IMG/VR virus record: IMGVR_UViG_3300043747_000006
Location: 1 to 63,430 of that record
DNA length: 63,430 nucleotides
Strand: one strand, 5' to 3'
From: a virus
Lineage: Duplodnaviria; Caudoviricetes
Shown here: one piece after another, positions 17,005 to 26,166 of the stretch
Position numbering within the stretch: position 1 is the stretch's first letter
Layout: each line of letters starts with the position of its first letter
Translations under genes and position numbers: made by a program
The notes under the pieces: model-generated
The model's input: the letters and a program-made list of their open reading frames with translations, nothing else
Told to the model about the DNA's origin: nothing
Databases searched by the model: none

Positions 17005-17991
17005 TTAATCGTTACGACCGCGACCGAAACTACGTAACTTTACGTATATTTGTGGACACTGCTCCGACCTTGCAACCGACTCTCGCAATGATTCCGCTCC
17101 ATACTTCACCAACGCTTCATTCGCGTCCTTACAATCGCTTCTCACATACGCCTGCCTCACGCGCACATGCCCTTTCATCGCCATCTCGATTTCCCCTCGC
17201 AGTTTGCCGCCTGCCTTATCGTTATCCGTCGCGATTACGAGAGTCTCGATTGGCGATCGCAATATCAAATCCCGCTTCCATTTGTTGAAACTCGCGCCAC
17301 CCACTGCGATGGCTGCCACGCCTGCTGTTTGCCAGCTCAGCGTATCAATTTCGGCTTCACATATTACCGTTGTCTCCTCCGCCTGGTCAATTCCGTACAC
17401 TAGCTCGCGAATAGGTTTGCCGCCCTTTTCGTACCAAAACGTCTTGCCGTACGTCTTGCGATATTTCACATTTGCCAGCTTGCCCGCCGAAAGCCACGGT
17501 AACACAGCCGCCCGACTTTGCGCATCATAAAGCACGCCCATTTGCCGCTGGACGCGCTCGCTGATTCCGCGCTTCATTAAATACGTATAATCTTCGGTGT
17601 ATGTCGCTAAGATGTCCGTATTCAACGGTTGCCTATTCCGCTGAATACGTAGATTAATAGGTTTGAGCGTAATTGTTTCGGTTGCTTCGGTAAATCCGTA
17701 CTCTCCGAGCAAATATTCCTCCGTCTCTTCGTATGATTCATTGCGCAAAAACGATAACAGCTTGGTAAAGTTGCCGCTCGCCCATTCTGCATCGTAAGCT
17801 CCGCTATCTCCAAAACATCCGGCATACTCTCCGGTAAAATTTACGAAGAAGCTCGGCGTCTTGTCGTACCTAAACGGGCTCGCTGCGATAAGTTTTTCCG
17901 TCGACCAATTCGGCCGTGTCCATTCGAACTGCTCGAGTTCGGTGCGAATATCGATTTGGACGCTCTGGCCGCGTATTCGAATTGTTTCCAT
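17005..17991 (-). CDS. DNA primase (TOPRIM)
   Basis: SPFRYDKTPSF, ICEAEIDTLS, IATDNDKAG, KDANE. Confidence 0.9.
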   Translation of the reverse strand: METIRIRGQSVQIDIRTELEQFEWTRPNWSTEKLIAASPFRYDKTPSFFVNFTGEYAGCFGDSGAYDAEWASGNFTKLLSFLRNESYEETEEYLLGEYGFTEATETITLKPINLRIQRNRQPLNTDILATYTEDYTYLMKRGISERVQRQMGVLYDAQSRAAVLPWLSAGKLANVKYRKTYGKTFWYEKGGKPIRELVYGIDQAEETTVICEAEIDTLSWQTAGVAAIAVGGASFNKWKRDLILRSPIETLVIATDNDKAGGKLRGEIEMAMKGHVRVRQAYVRSDCKDANEALVKYGAESLRESVARSEQCPQIYVKLRSFGRGRND

Positions 17992-18084
17992 TATCGAAAT
18001 ACCTCCAATTCAAGATATCTACATATAACACTGCCGACGTGTTATATTTTACTACTTTAATACTTCGCTGAAAAGGGCGAATCT

Positions 18085-18193
18085 TGTCGAAAATTGAATT
18101 TTGTATAAAATATATTATGAAAATGTCTCTTTTTTGTAACATACATATAATAGTCTTGTAATAATGTCGTGTAAACGGGTGAATTTTGTCGAA
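18085..18193 (+). promoter_or_regulatory. Two consensus Spo0A boxes (TGTCGAA) in the AT-rich helicase-primase spacer
   Basis: TGTCGAA at 18085-18091 and 18187-18193. Confidence 0.4.
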
Positions 18194-18226
18194 TGCGTAA
18201 AATGTCCTAAATCGTGCGCGAAACGC

Positions 18227-19615
18227 CTAAAACTCGAACTGACTGACGGCCGCCTCGCCCGTCTCAACCTCGCGAACTATTCCGTAATTCGGAAGATAAA
18301 GAACCTCGACTTGCGTGCCCTCGCCACCATTCCGCCCTTTGCCGATTTCAATAATTCCGGCTCCATCCAGCGTATCAATACCGAAAACATTTGCAGCATC
18401 CTCGAGCACCGCTTTCGTCTTCTTAATTTCCGCACGTTTTGGAGGCCTGAGCTCCCGATTGCCCTCATCGTCGCGATCGTCCTTAACTTCATCCGCCTGG
18501 GTAATGACATGAACCACAGCGCCAGTCAATCCGGCCAGCCTCCGAATCCTCTTCGAAGTATTGGCCACATCACCGCCGGCCACTTTCGACGTGTTCGCTT
18601 CGTAATCCATCAAATAAATCGGATCTACCACCACGACGTCCGCCTTTGTCGCAAGAATGTCCGCCTCCAACTGCTTCACGCCGCGATTAAAGAATTCGGC
18701 ATCGTCCGCAGCTCTTAGCGTAATATTGCCGGGCATATAGTCGCCTTCCGCCATCTGAAGCAAGAATACCTCGAAGCCCACCTCGAATTCATCAGATAAA
18801 CCACCGGTCAATAGTGCGCGATTCTCAAAGCCTGCTTCGTAATCGACGCCATCAATATTCGCGTTAACAATGCCGGCTCTGGCGCTAATGCACGAATAGG
18901 CGCGCGCCATCCATTCAAATCGCGACATCTCCATCGCCCATATTAGCACGTTTGCTCCTTGCATGGCCGCCTCAATCGCTTCTTCCATCGTAAACACTGA
19001 CTTACCGCGACCTGATCGCCCGTGCCAAGTGTACATATTACCGCTAAGGTATCCGCCAACATGTTCGTTAATGGACGGAAATTTCGACTTCCAAATTTTA
19101 AAGGACTCGCCGGCTTTTCTGCGTTGATATTCTGCAAGGAACGACTCGGCATCCGACTTAAGGTCTGTTCCTATTTTATCACGAACATCCGTTCTAAGGA
19201 TAGCATGTTCTACTTCCTCTTTCAACCATTTTAAAACGTCTATACCGTCAGATATTTCATTGATATTTTTTGACAGTGCCCCTTCTTCAAAATTGCCTGT
19301 CTTTTCATTTGTTTTACCATTAATTAATTCGACAATCCAATTCTTAGCTCTTGCGCCTTTAATCTTTTTTGTTAGAAAATCGTAACCATCTGAGATTTGA
19401 GGTACATACCAATCATCAAACCCTGGAACTTCAGAAGCGACCGTGGCATAGCTAGGAGCCTCGCCACGGTTTTTCTCTGCATAATCAAGCAAATATTTAT
19501 AAGCTTTTCGCTCACTTTCAGTCGGAAAATCTTTTTCAGATAACCCGTATCGGTCAAGCGCTTTTACATCATTCGAATCTATAACTTTTGAAAGTAGCAG
19601 ACTACCATATTGCAT
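18227..19615 (-). CDS. DnaB-like replicative helicase
   Basis: GRSGRGKS, WAMEM, VVVDPIYLM, VITQ, IGKGRNG. Confidence 0.92.
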   Translation of the reverse strand: MQYGSLLLSKVIDSNDVKALDRYGLSEKDFPTESERKAYKYLLDYAEKNRGEAPSYATVASEVPGFDDWYVPQISDGYDFLTKKIKGARAKNWIVELINGKTNEKTGNFEEGALSKNINEISDGIDVLKWLKEEVEHAILRTDVRDKIGTDLKSDAESFLAEYQRRKAGESFKIWKSKFPSINEHVGGYLSGNMYTWHGRSGRGKSVFTMEEAIEAAMQGANVLIWAMEMSRFEWMARAYSCISARAGIVNANIDGVDYEAGFENRALLTGGLSDEFEVGFEVFLLQMAEGDYMPGNITLRAADDAEFFNRGVKQLEADILATKADVVVVDPIYLMDYEANTSKVAGGDVANTSKRIRRLAGLTGAVVHVITQADEVKDDRDDEGNRELRPPKRAEIKKTKAVLEDAANVFGIDTLDGAGIIEIGKGRNGGEGTQVEVLYLPNYGIVREVETGEAAVSQFEF

Positions 19616-20496
19616 TAAATCGCCTCCCCGTTGCTATCAAAAAATTGCGGATTTTCGTAGCACCAATAGACATGTTCTCGGTAGTCACTAACAGTAACAC
19701 CGTTTACCTCCGCCAGATATTGAATTAAATATTCGAAATTTTGTGTAGATAAGTTAAAGCGTTGTCTATTCGCCTCGAACCATTCAAATATATTTTTATC
19801 GTGCTTTGACAAGTTAAGTTCAGCTTTCAACGGAATAATATTGCCGTATGTTGTTCCGCCATGCCCAATGCTAAGAGGTATTACATGATCCATATGAATG
19901 CCTTCTTTTTCTGAGGTTAATGCGCATGAGTAATTGAAGTGTTTTAGAATTTTTTCGTATTCCTCTGTCGTGAGGTCTGAAATCACTCCTTGCTTTCTCC
20001 CTCGTCTTCGTTGCAACTTAATTTTTGTTAAATTACCTTTATAGTAATGAGGGTTTAACTTTCGCCATTTTCTTTGATACTCATTTACATGCTCTCGATT
20101 ATTCATTGAATACCTTCTTGATGATTCGCGTCTCTTATCTCTGTTAGCTTCCACGTGCGGAGCACTCAATTCTTTTTTACAAGGTATACACGTAGAATGC
20201 CTTCCTCCTAAACCTTTTACACTTTTATAAAAACTCTCAAGTGGTAGCCAATTATTACAATTAGTACAAGACTTTCCTAAAACACCTTTTCTTTCTTCAA
20301 GTGTCGATGACTTGAGCACCTTATCAGTTTTATTTCGTTTCCTCTCCTCCAACCTTTTACAGTCCTTGCAGTTAGGTTTTACACCACCCACACCGTTTTT
20401 ACTTTTATGATATTCCTCTAAGGACTTCCAATGAGTACACTTGCTACAACGTTTTCCTAGTACCCCATTCTCTTCAGTTACTTTTGTTCGTTTCAA
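19615..20496 (-). CDS. HNH endonuclease with two N-terminal Cys4 zinc-finger units (paralog A)
   Basis: HMDHVIPLSIGHGGTTYGNIIPL...N.SK; duplicated KxCxxC...CxxC units. Confidence 0.85.
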   Translation of the reverse strand: MKRTKVTEENGVLGKRCSKCTHWKSLEEYHKSKNGVGGVKPNCKDCKRLEERKRNKTDKVLKSSTLEERKGVLGKSCTNCNNWLPLESFYKSVKGLGGRHSTCIPCKKELSAPHVEANRDKRRESSRRYSMNNREHVNEYQRKWRKLNPHYYKGNLTKIKLQRRRGRKQGVISDLTTEEYEKILKHFNYSCALTSEKEGIHMDHVIPLSIGHGGTTYGNIIPLKAELNLSKHDKNIFEWFEANRQRFNLSTQNFEYLIQYLAEVNGVTVSDYREHVYWCYENPQFFDSNGEAI

Positions 20497-20499
20497 GGA

Positions 20500-21033
20500 C
20501 TAATCTCCCTCCGTTAACTTCTTCAACTCACAGTCGATAGCAAACACCCGATCACCATACTCCTCGTTACCCGTCTTCGCCAACATTTTCTCCGCCCAAT
20601 TCCGCATATCTAGAAAATTATCAATCTGCTCCGCCCGCTTCTTCCGCATTGCCTTCTTTTCTTTCGCAATTTGCGAACTCAACTCCCTTGCCGTCGGTTT
20701 ACGTTCTTCTTTCGCCATATTAATCGCTCCCTTATTCTCTAAATGTGAAACGTCAATTGCGAATGCTTTCGGATTTGGATTCTCGGATACATACGCAGCC
20801 GCATGGTCCGCGTCGGTCACAAACTCGACATCCTCTCCGTCAGCCTCCAAAAACTCGCCAGTGTATGCGTCTAGCACTTCGTACACGATTTCGTTATATT
20901 CCTCTTCCGGCAGGCAGTTTCGGATCATTTGGTACGCGATGACCATAAACAGCCGCCCATCGTAGCCGTCGACCGTTACTAGGTCGCCGTGGTCTGCCGG
21001 TAATTCAAATTCGAATTCTTCTCCGTCTCTCAT
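20500..21033 (-). CDS. Hypothetical protein
   Basis: 177-aa ORF with GGAGG RBS. Confidence 0.75.
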   Translation of the reverse strand: MRDGEEFEFELPADHGDLVTVDGYDGRLFMVIAYQMIRNCLPEEEYNEIVYEVLDAYTGEFLEADGEDVEFVTDADHAAAYVSENPNPKAFAIDVSHLENKGAINMAKEERKPTARELSSQIAKEKKAMRKKRAEQIDNFLDMRNWAEKMLAKTGNEEYGDRVFAIDCELKKLTEGD

Positions 21034-21047
21034 TCGGATGCCTCCTT

Positions 21048-21338
21048 TTAGTACATTCTCATGCTTCTTTTTCGTAAAGCCGGTAGACCCGCGCGTCTTC
21101 TATCGTTATTGCTCCAATTGCCGAATCCATAAAGTACGTACGCGTAACAGCGATACCATTCCGCGTATCTTCCAGGAGCATAAGCGAAATATGTTTTTCG
21201 GAAATCTTCTTCGTAATAAAATTTAAATATTGGTCCTTCCATTGCTAATTCCGTTTTAAGTTCGGGCCAAGCTGTTGTTGGTACGTCTTTACCCTCTTCT
21301 TTTAGCTTCGCATATAACGCTTGAGTTTGTTTATCCAT
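21048..21338 (-). CDS. Hypothetical protein
   Basis: 96-aa ORF with AGGAGG RBS. Confidence 0.65.
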   Translation of the reverse strand: MDKQTQALYAKLKEEGKDVPTTAWPELKTELAMEGPIFKFYYEEDFRKTYFAYAPGRYAEWYRCYAYVLYGFGNWSNNDRRRAGLPALRKRSMRMY

Positions 21339-21352
21339 TAGCGTCGCCTCCT

Positions 21353-21508
21353 TTAGCTTATACGTATTGCTTCGCGTTTGATTAGATTCCGGACCAACTG
21401 GCTTTCGTTCATCTTATAGTGCATCGCGACTTTACGCAGCTGAGTCTTTTCTTCTTGCGTGAGTTTTACGTAAATAGATTCCGTTTTATAATAAATTCCG
21501 TTTCCCAT
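21353..21508 (-). CDS. Ribbon-helix-helix DNA-binding protein (51 aa)
   Basis: MGNGIYYKTESIYVKLTQEEKTQLRKVAMHYKMNESQLVRNLIKREAIRIS; hand translation. Confidence 0.65.
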   Translation of the reverse strand: MGNGIYYKTESIYVKLTQEEKTQLRKVAMHYKMNESQLVRNLIKREAIRIS

Positions 21509-22249
21509 TTATCTCCGCCCCCTTTTCGATTCACCTTCGAAATGCAACACCGCGCACATATCGCGCATCCTGTCGTATAACCTGGCATCAAACACGACCG
21601 CCATCTCCTCAATCGGCAAGTTACTCGTAAAGACCGTCGGCAACCCGTTAGCCGTCCGATAATTCACTATCGCATGAACGTAGGTTCTGAACGCTTCTGA
21701 TGCCGACCTAACTCCAATATCATCAAGGACCGCGAAGGGTGCCGTCTGTGTGCGTTGAATGGTCGCGCGAATCTTCGCCATTTCCGACTCGTCGTTCGTC
21801 ATTGTGGCGAGATTGTAATCGGTTTGGAACGCATTTACATCGAGAAATACTGCGGGCGTTTGCAACGGCTGAATTCCTCGTTTTAAACTGCCGAGATAGT
21901 GCGCAATAATCCATTCATTCATCAGCGCGACTGCTGAACTGGTCTTTCCATTACCGGGGCTCTCGCTCCACATATAGATTGACTTAATTCTGGCTGAATC
22001 TTCGTCAAACTGTCGCTGAAAAGTCGAAGCGTATTTATCTAATGTTGCATATATTTTTGGCTGTTCGTTTCTAACTGGCGACTTTTTTAAATTGAGCATT
22101 AGATAGTCGGCCGGTGCATTTGCCGACGCTATCCGACCTCCTTTTCCCGAATATCCATGAAGCGCCACAAAGCTCGCGCAAGACGGATTACATTTTTCCG
22201 TTCCTGCAATCTTACAAATTGGCGATAAAATACATTTCTTTTCGTGCAT
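21509..22249 (-). CDS. DnaC/IstB-like helicase loader ATPase
   Basis: SESPGNGKT, VLDDIG, TVFTSNL, RLYDRM. Confidence 0.9.
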   Translation of the reverse strand: MHEKKCILSPICKIAGTEKCNPSCASFVALHGYSGKGGRIASANAPADYLMLNLKKSPVRNEQPKIYATLDKYASTFQRQFDEDSARIKSIYMWSESPGNGKTSSAVALMNEWIIAHYLGSLKRGIQPLQTPAVFLDVNAFQTDYNLATMTNDESEMAKIRATIQRTQTAPFAVLDDIGVRSASEAFRTYVHAIVNYRTANGLPTVFTSNLPIEEMAVVFDARLYDRMRDMCAVLHFEGESKRGRR

Positions 22250-23097
22250 TAAATCGCCTCGCTTTCGGTTACTTCGGATGAATAATACGTTTCAGTGTAC
22301 GCCGGTAATGGAAATTGCTGTCCGGTCGCTTCGCGCCATATTTCGATTGAATGACGTTGGTCTGTTTTTATTTCTTCGACGGTTCGCGGATTAGCGAAGC
22401 ACCAATCGTAAAACTCTCTGTACTCTTGAGCGGTTAAAGCGTTTGCCGTCGCTATAAATTCAACCATTCTATTAAACTTATTTACCGATAATTCAAAGCG
22501 TTGCCTATTCGCTTCGAACCATTCGAATATATTTGAGTCGTTTTTTGAAACGTTCAATTCAGCCGATAGCGGTATAATATTTCCGAAAGTAGTTCCTCCG
22601 TGACCTATACTTATAGGTAGTATATGATCCCAATGGATATCACCTACACCACTAATGGAGCAGCAATCCTTGAATTTCGAATTTATCATATTGATTTCTT
22701 CAACAGATAAATTATTTGGTAAAAGTTTTAATTTCGCTCTTCTATTCAGACGTATTACTTTGACAGATTGTTTATTTTTCTTTTTCCACGACCTTTTTCG
22801 TTCTCTTTCCCTTTTTTTATACTCTTCGCTTTTCTCGCTGTACGGGTATTTATGTTGGCATTTTTTAACTACAGCCGACTTCTCGTTCTCTTTCCTTCTT
22901 TTGTAATCACATACTTTGCAATGATATTTTAATCCGTATGATTTATACTTATCCTTGTGGAAGAATTCTAACGCTTTCCACTCACCGCAATCAGTACACT
23001 TCTTCCCGATAACATCTCCACGCTCTTCCAACTCGACTCGCTTCCTAGGTTTCCGAAACTCCTGCGTCTTTTTTGCGCCTTCTTTACTCACAACCAA
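22249..23097 (-). CDS. HNH endonuclease with zinc finger (paralog B)
   Basis: HWDHILPISIGHGGTTFGNIIPL...NIFEWFEANRQRF. Confidence 0.85.
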   Translation of the reverse strand: MVVSKEGAKKTQEFRKPRKRVELEERGDVIGKKCTDCGEWKALEFFHKDKYKSYGLKYHCKVCDYKRRKENEKSAVVKKCQHKYPYSEKSEEYKKRERERKRSWKKKNKQSVKVIRLNRRAKLKLLPNNLSVEEINMINSKFKDCCSISGVGDIHWDHILPISIGHGGTTFGNIIPLSAELNVSKNDSNIFEWFEANRQRFELSVNKFNRMVEFIATANALTAQEYREFYDWCFANPRTVEEIKTDQRHSIEIWREATGQQFPLPAYTETYYSSEVTESEAI

Positions 23098-23477
23098 TCC
23101 TCCAATCCTTCGTTATCGACTTCGTGTGTCTGCGTCAAATTGACCCGCTTTTGAGCGTTAAGCACCCGCGCCCACACATCCGTTTTCCACTTCCAAAACC
23201 ACGTAAAGCTAACGGTCGGCCATTGCGGTGTGCACCGGTGGATCCGGAAGCACTCGTCGATAAACGCCTTAACCACTTCCGGCTCATACTTGCGGGGCTT
23301 GGCGTTCTTGCCTTTCGTGCCGATTAGCCCGCCGATCAGCCCCCGCTCGACCTGCCAGTTGCGCCCTGGCGGCGTGTATTCCGTGCCATAGACCGTGAGA
23401 TGCCTGTCGCAAAGGTATGCGATAAAATCATTCGTTGTCCATTTGGCGACGGGCTTTTCGCTATAGGTTACCGCCAT
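23088..23477 (-). CDS. Replication-associated hypothetical protein (possible loader partner)
   Basis: Upstream of the DnaC-like gene apart from the HNH insertion. Confidence 0.65.
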   Translation of the reverse strand: MAVTYSEKPVAKWTTNDFIAYLCDRHLTVYGTEYTPPGRNWQVERGLIGGLIGTKGKNAKPRKYEPEVVKAFIDECFRIHRCTPQWPTVSFTWFWKWKTDVWARVLNAQKRVNLTQTHEVDNEGLEDWL

Positions 23478-23838
23478 TTCGTTCCCTCCGTATCTTTTCA
23501 GCGTACTTTTTTATACTCGCTTCAACTTCCGGCCATTTAGCCGCGAAATACTTACGTTCCAATTCTTCCGAAAATATGTCCGCCTTTTTAAGTTCGGTAA
23601 TAAGGCGTCCTTGGTCAGCGCGTAACCGCTCAATCTCCCCGAGCAACTTCGGCACATCTTCTCGGGCGTGGGCGATGAATTCTGCGTCAGTCCCGCAAGA
23701 CACTTCCGCTATAACCACGCCGTTACCCTCCGATTTTACTTCGTAGCCCTTCCATTTATCTCCTTTGATATACGCTTTCTCAAACGAAGTTTCCTCCGCT
23801 CGCTCCCTAATTTCCGCTAATTCCTCCGGCCTCATCAA
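23461..23838 (-). CDS. Ead/Ea22-like hypothetical protein
   Basis: ELAEIRERAE...DAEFIAHAREDVPKLLGEIERL. Confidence 0.7.
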   Translation of the reverse strand: MMRPEELAEIRERAEETSFEKAYIKGDKWKGYEVKSEGNGVVIAEVSCGTDAEFIAHAREDVPKLLGEIERLRADQGRLITELKKADIFSEELERKYFAAKWPEVEASIKKYAEKIRRERNGGNL

Positions 23839-24287
23839 CGCCCACTCCTTCCGTCTTCATATCCTTTTTCATACGCGCCACCCGATACCAGCCCCATCGC
23901 AAATACTCCGAGAAATCCTCCGACAAAGAGACAGACAATTCCGGCTACTATCATCGCATTACCTCCACGAGTTTAATTTCGTTTTGCATTTCCGCGAGCC
24001 TCCCGAACCGGTAGCCTTCGATTAAAATGGCGACTTCATGGTCCGTCAGCTTGCGTTGCCATTTCGTTTACAAATAGTCGATGACTTCGTTATGAAAAAT
24101 GCGGTCATATTCGAATGGCTCGCGCTTTATCACGCCCCCACCTCCGGCAACTTAATATCGAGAATCCGCAGCGCCTCTTTAAAACCGTCGATGGTGCCTT
24201 GCGTATATTCATCGAGCACCGACACGGATAGGTAGCGGTAATATATTATGAGTTTGGCGAGTTGCTCTGGCGTTAGGCTTTCGTTCA

Positions 24288-24656
24288 TTAGGCGTTCACC
24301 CCTTCGATTTTGATTCCGAGCCTATTAAGCGTAGCCTTTACGACAAAGGCCGCGAATTGATACTTGTTTTGTGCGACGTAATTATGTGGATTTGATCGTA
24401 TTTCCTCCGTTAAATTTTTGTAAAATTCGCGCACCTTCTCTTCCGGCGACTTCTCGACCTCATATCCGCAAATCAGCACCTCCATTAATACGTCGTAATC
24501 TCCGTCGAAATGGCGTAGGATGATTTCGGACTGCTCCGTTTCATAGCCCAGGCGTAGGATGTCGGTGAAGGCTTCGTGCTTGCTGTCGGCTAGGTTGACG
24601 AAATGGGCGATGGCGGTGGCTACCGATTGTGGGACGGTTACTTTTGCGTTGTTCAT
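24288..24656 (-). CDS. DUF1642-like hypothetical protein
   Basis: KVTVPQSVA...GYEVEKSPEE. Confidence 0.65.
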   Translation of the reverse strand: MNNAKVTVPQSVATAIAHFVNLADSKHEAFTDILRLGYETEQSEIILRHFDGDYDVLMEVLICGYEVEKSPEEKVREFYKNLTEEIRSNPHNYVAQNKYQFAAFVVKATLNRLGIKIEGVNA

Positions 24657-24699
24657 TGCGTTTCCTCCTTATTATCGCTGATTTATTTTCCGCATAAGA

Positions 24700-24840
24700 T
24701 TTTAATCTTTATAATCGTAGCGATAGATAGTGCTTTTCTATCTAGCGCAAAGTATTTATTCTTTTTAAATAAGTCTTTTTATATTTATCTTTTTCATTAA
24801 CGCTACAAGAGATATAAATCTACATACACGGAGATTAGAT
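24700..24840. other. Candidate replication origin
   Basis: Inverted repeat GCGATAGATAG...CTATCTAGCGC plus an AT-rich tract directly downstream of an initiator-like wHTH gene. Confidence 0.35.
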
Positions 24841-24842
24841 AT

Positions 24843-25319
24843 TCACGCGAGTAGTTTTATTCCGTTTTCTTTACCGAGCAGCTTCCCGATATTCGGATGC
24901 TTAATGGAAACTTCTTGCAATCTTTCGCATAAATTCGTCTCCTTAGCGCGAAACTTCTCGCGGTCTAATGGATCGTGAACCACGTAGATAATTTTGTCTT
25001 TGCCTCGCCCTACTGATTTATATTCCAGCGATATTAATCCGACCGCTTCGAGTATTGCGTCGATAATCGGCAAAGTCGAAAATGAAAGCTGAAACTTTTC
25101 TACGACACTGGTGCGCCCTTTCCACGAACGGCCGTAACTATCTTTTTCTGATTCGTGATTTCTAAATCGTAAAAGGTACAGATAATAAAGCGTTGCCTTG
25201 TCGCCAATGTACGGATGATACAAGTCGAAAATTTCGTGGTACATCATCGAGAAACCGCCGCGAGTATCTCCTTGACGGATAAAAACGTCTGACATTACGC
25301 TACTCCCTTCCCCATTCAT
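24843..25319 (-). CDS. Winged-HTH replication initiator-like protein
   Basis: FSMMYHEIFDLY...LYYLYLLR...LEAVGLI...IYVVHDPL. Confidence 0.6.
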   Translation of the reverse strand: MNGEGSSVMSDVFIRQGDTRGGFSMMYHEIFDLYHPYIGDKATLYYLYLLRFRNHESEKDSYGRSWKGRTSVVEKFQLSFSTLPIIDAILEAVGLISLEYKSVGRGKDKIIYVVHDPLDREKFRAKETNLCERLQEVSIKHPNIGKLLGKENGIKLLA

Positions 25320-25749
25320 TAATTAATTCACCAACTAGGTCTTCACTTATTTCCTTTAGCCTACCGTAAAATGTTTCGTAACTATCCGCCCAACTTTCGT
25401 GAATTGGGCCGTTAAACGCCGGTCTGAGATTACCAATAAACCAACGCTCTACGGAAAACAGTTTTTGTCGGGTTACGTCCCAATCAACAAAAACAACTCG
25501 AATTTTTGACACAAAACCGATAAATTTACCTGTTGCAATGTCTTTTCCTCCAAGGTGCTGCCTGATGCGATGCTTTATATTTTCACTTTTTCCTACATAA
25601 AGAAGTTTATCATCTGATGTATAAAGGAAATATATTCCTCGGCCATGACGCATATCCTTATGCGATAGCTTTTCTCCAGTAAATAAATCTGAATTATTCA
25701 GGATGTCATCTACTCCCATTTGCAACAACTGCTCATTAGTAAAAATCAA
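25300..25749 (-). CDS. GIY-YIG endonuclease
   Basis: GIYFL...LLYVGKSENIKHRIRQH...ERWFI...PAFN. Confidence 0.88.
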   Translation of the reverse strand: MIFTNEQLLQMGVDDILNNSDLFTGEKLSHKDMRHGRGIYFLYTSDDKLLYVGKSENIKHRIRQHLGGKDIATGKFIGFVSKIRVVFVDWDVTRQKLFSVERWFIGNLRPAFNGPIHESWADSYETFYGRLKEISEDLVGELINEWGRE

Positions 25750-25801
25750 CCAACCACCTCCGATAAGTTATATATTCGCAAGCGTAGATTATAACGCCTT
25801 A

Positions 25802-25837
25802 CACTATATAATAAGGGCGATAAACTGAACTCGCGCA
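25802..25837 (-). promoter_or_regulatory. Phage promoter-like motif, copy 3: TGCGCGA-N19-TTATATAGTG
   Basis: Upstream of the leftward replication operon. Confidence 0.7.
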
Positions 25838-25871
25838 CTTTTATCAGTTATTTCAAAAAAAAATAACGCTA

Positions 25872-26057
25872 CTAATTTTTAGTCGCGTTACTCATCCGCT
25901 TTATATAACTTTCGTTTATGATCCGCTCAAGCTCTTTCAATACCGGATTACCTTTCGCCAACTCTTCCTCAAAATGTTTCCGCCGCTCTTCCTTTGATAA
26001 CTCCATTAATGGCGAATGAATAATTCCGATTGTATTTCCGAGTCTAAATTCCTTCAC
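25872..26057 (-). CDS. Small protein divergent from integrase; candidate recombination directionality factor
   Basis: AAGGAG RBS plus GTG at 26057; the function call rests on position only. Confidence 0.55.
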   Translation of the reverse strand: MKEFRLGNTIGIIHSPLMELSKEERRKHFEEELAKGNPVLKELERIINESYIKRMSNATKN

Positions 26058-26070
26058 GATAACCACTCCT

Positions 26071-26106
26071 TACTACATAATAAGGACGAGAACACATTTT
26101 CGCGCA
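26071..26106 (-). promoter_or_regulatory. Phage promoter-like motif, copy 4: TGCGCGA-N19-TTATGTAGTA
   Basis: Upstream of the candidate RDF. Confidence 0.7.
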
Positions 26107-26118
26107 GGTCTTTTGCGG

Positions 26119-26148
26119 TTTACATTAGCGTGTATGGACGGGTATAAT
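26119..26148 (+). promoter_or_regulatory. SigmaA promoter of integrase
   Basis: TTTACA-N18-TATAAT. Confidence 0.6.
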
Positions 26149-26166
26149 ACGGTGAGAGGTGATTAA

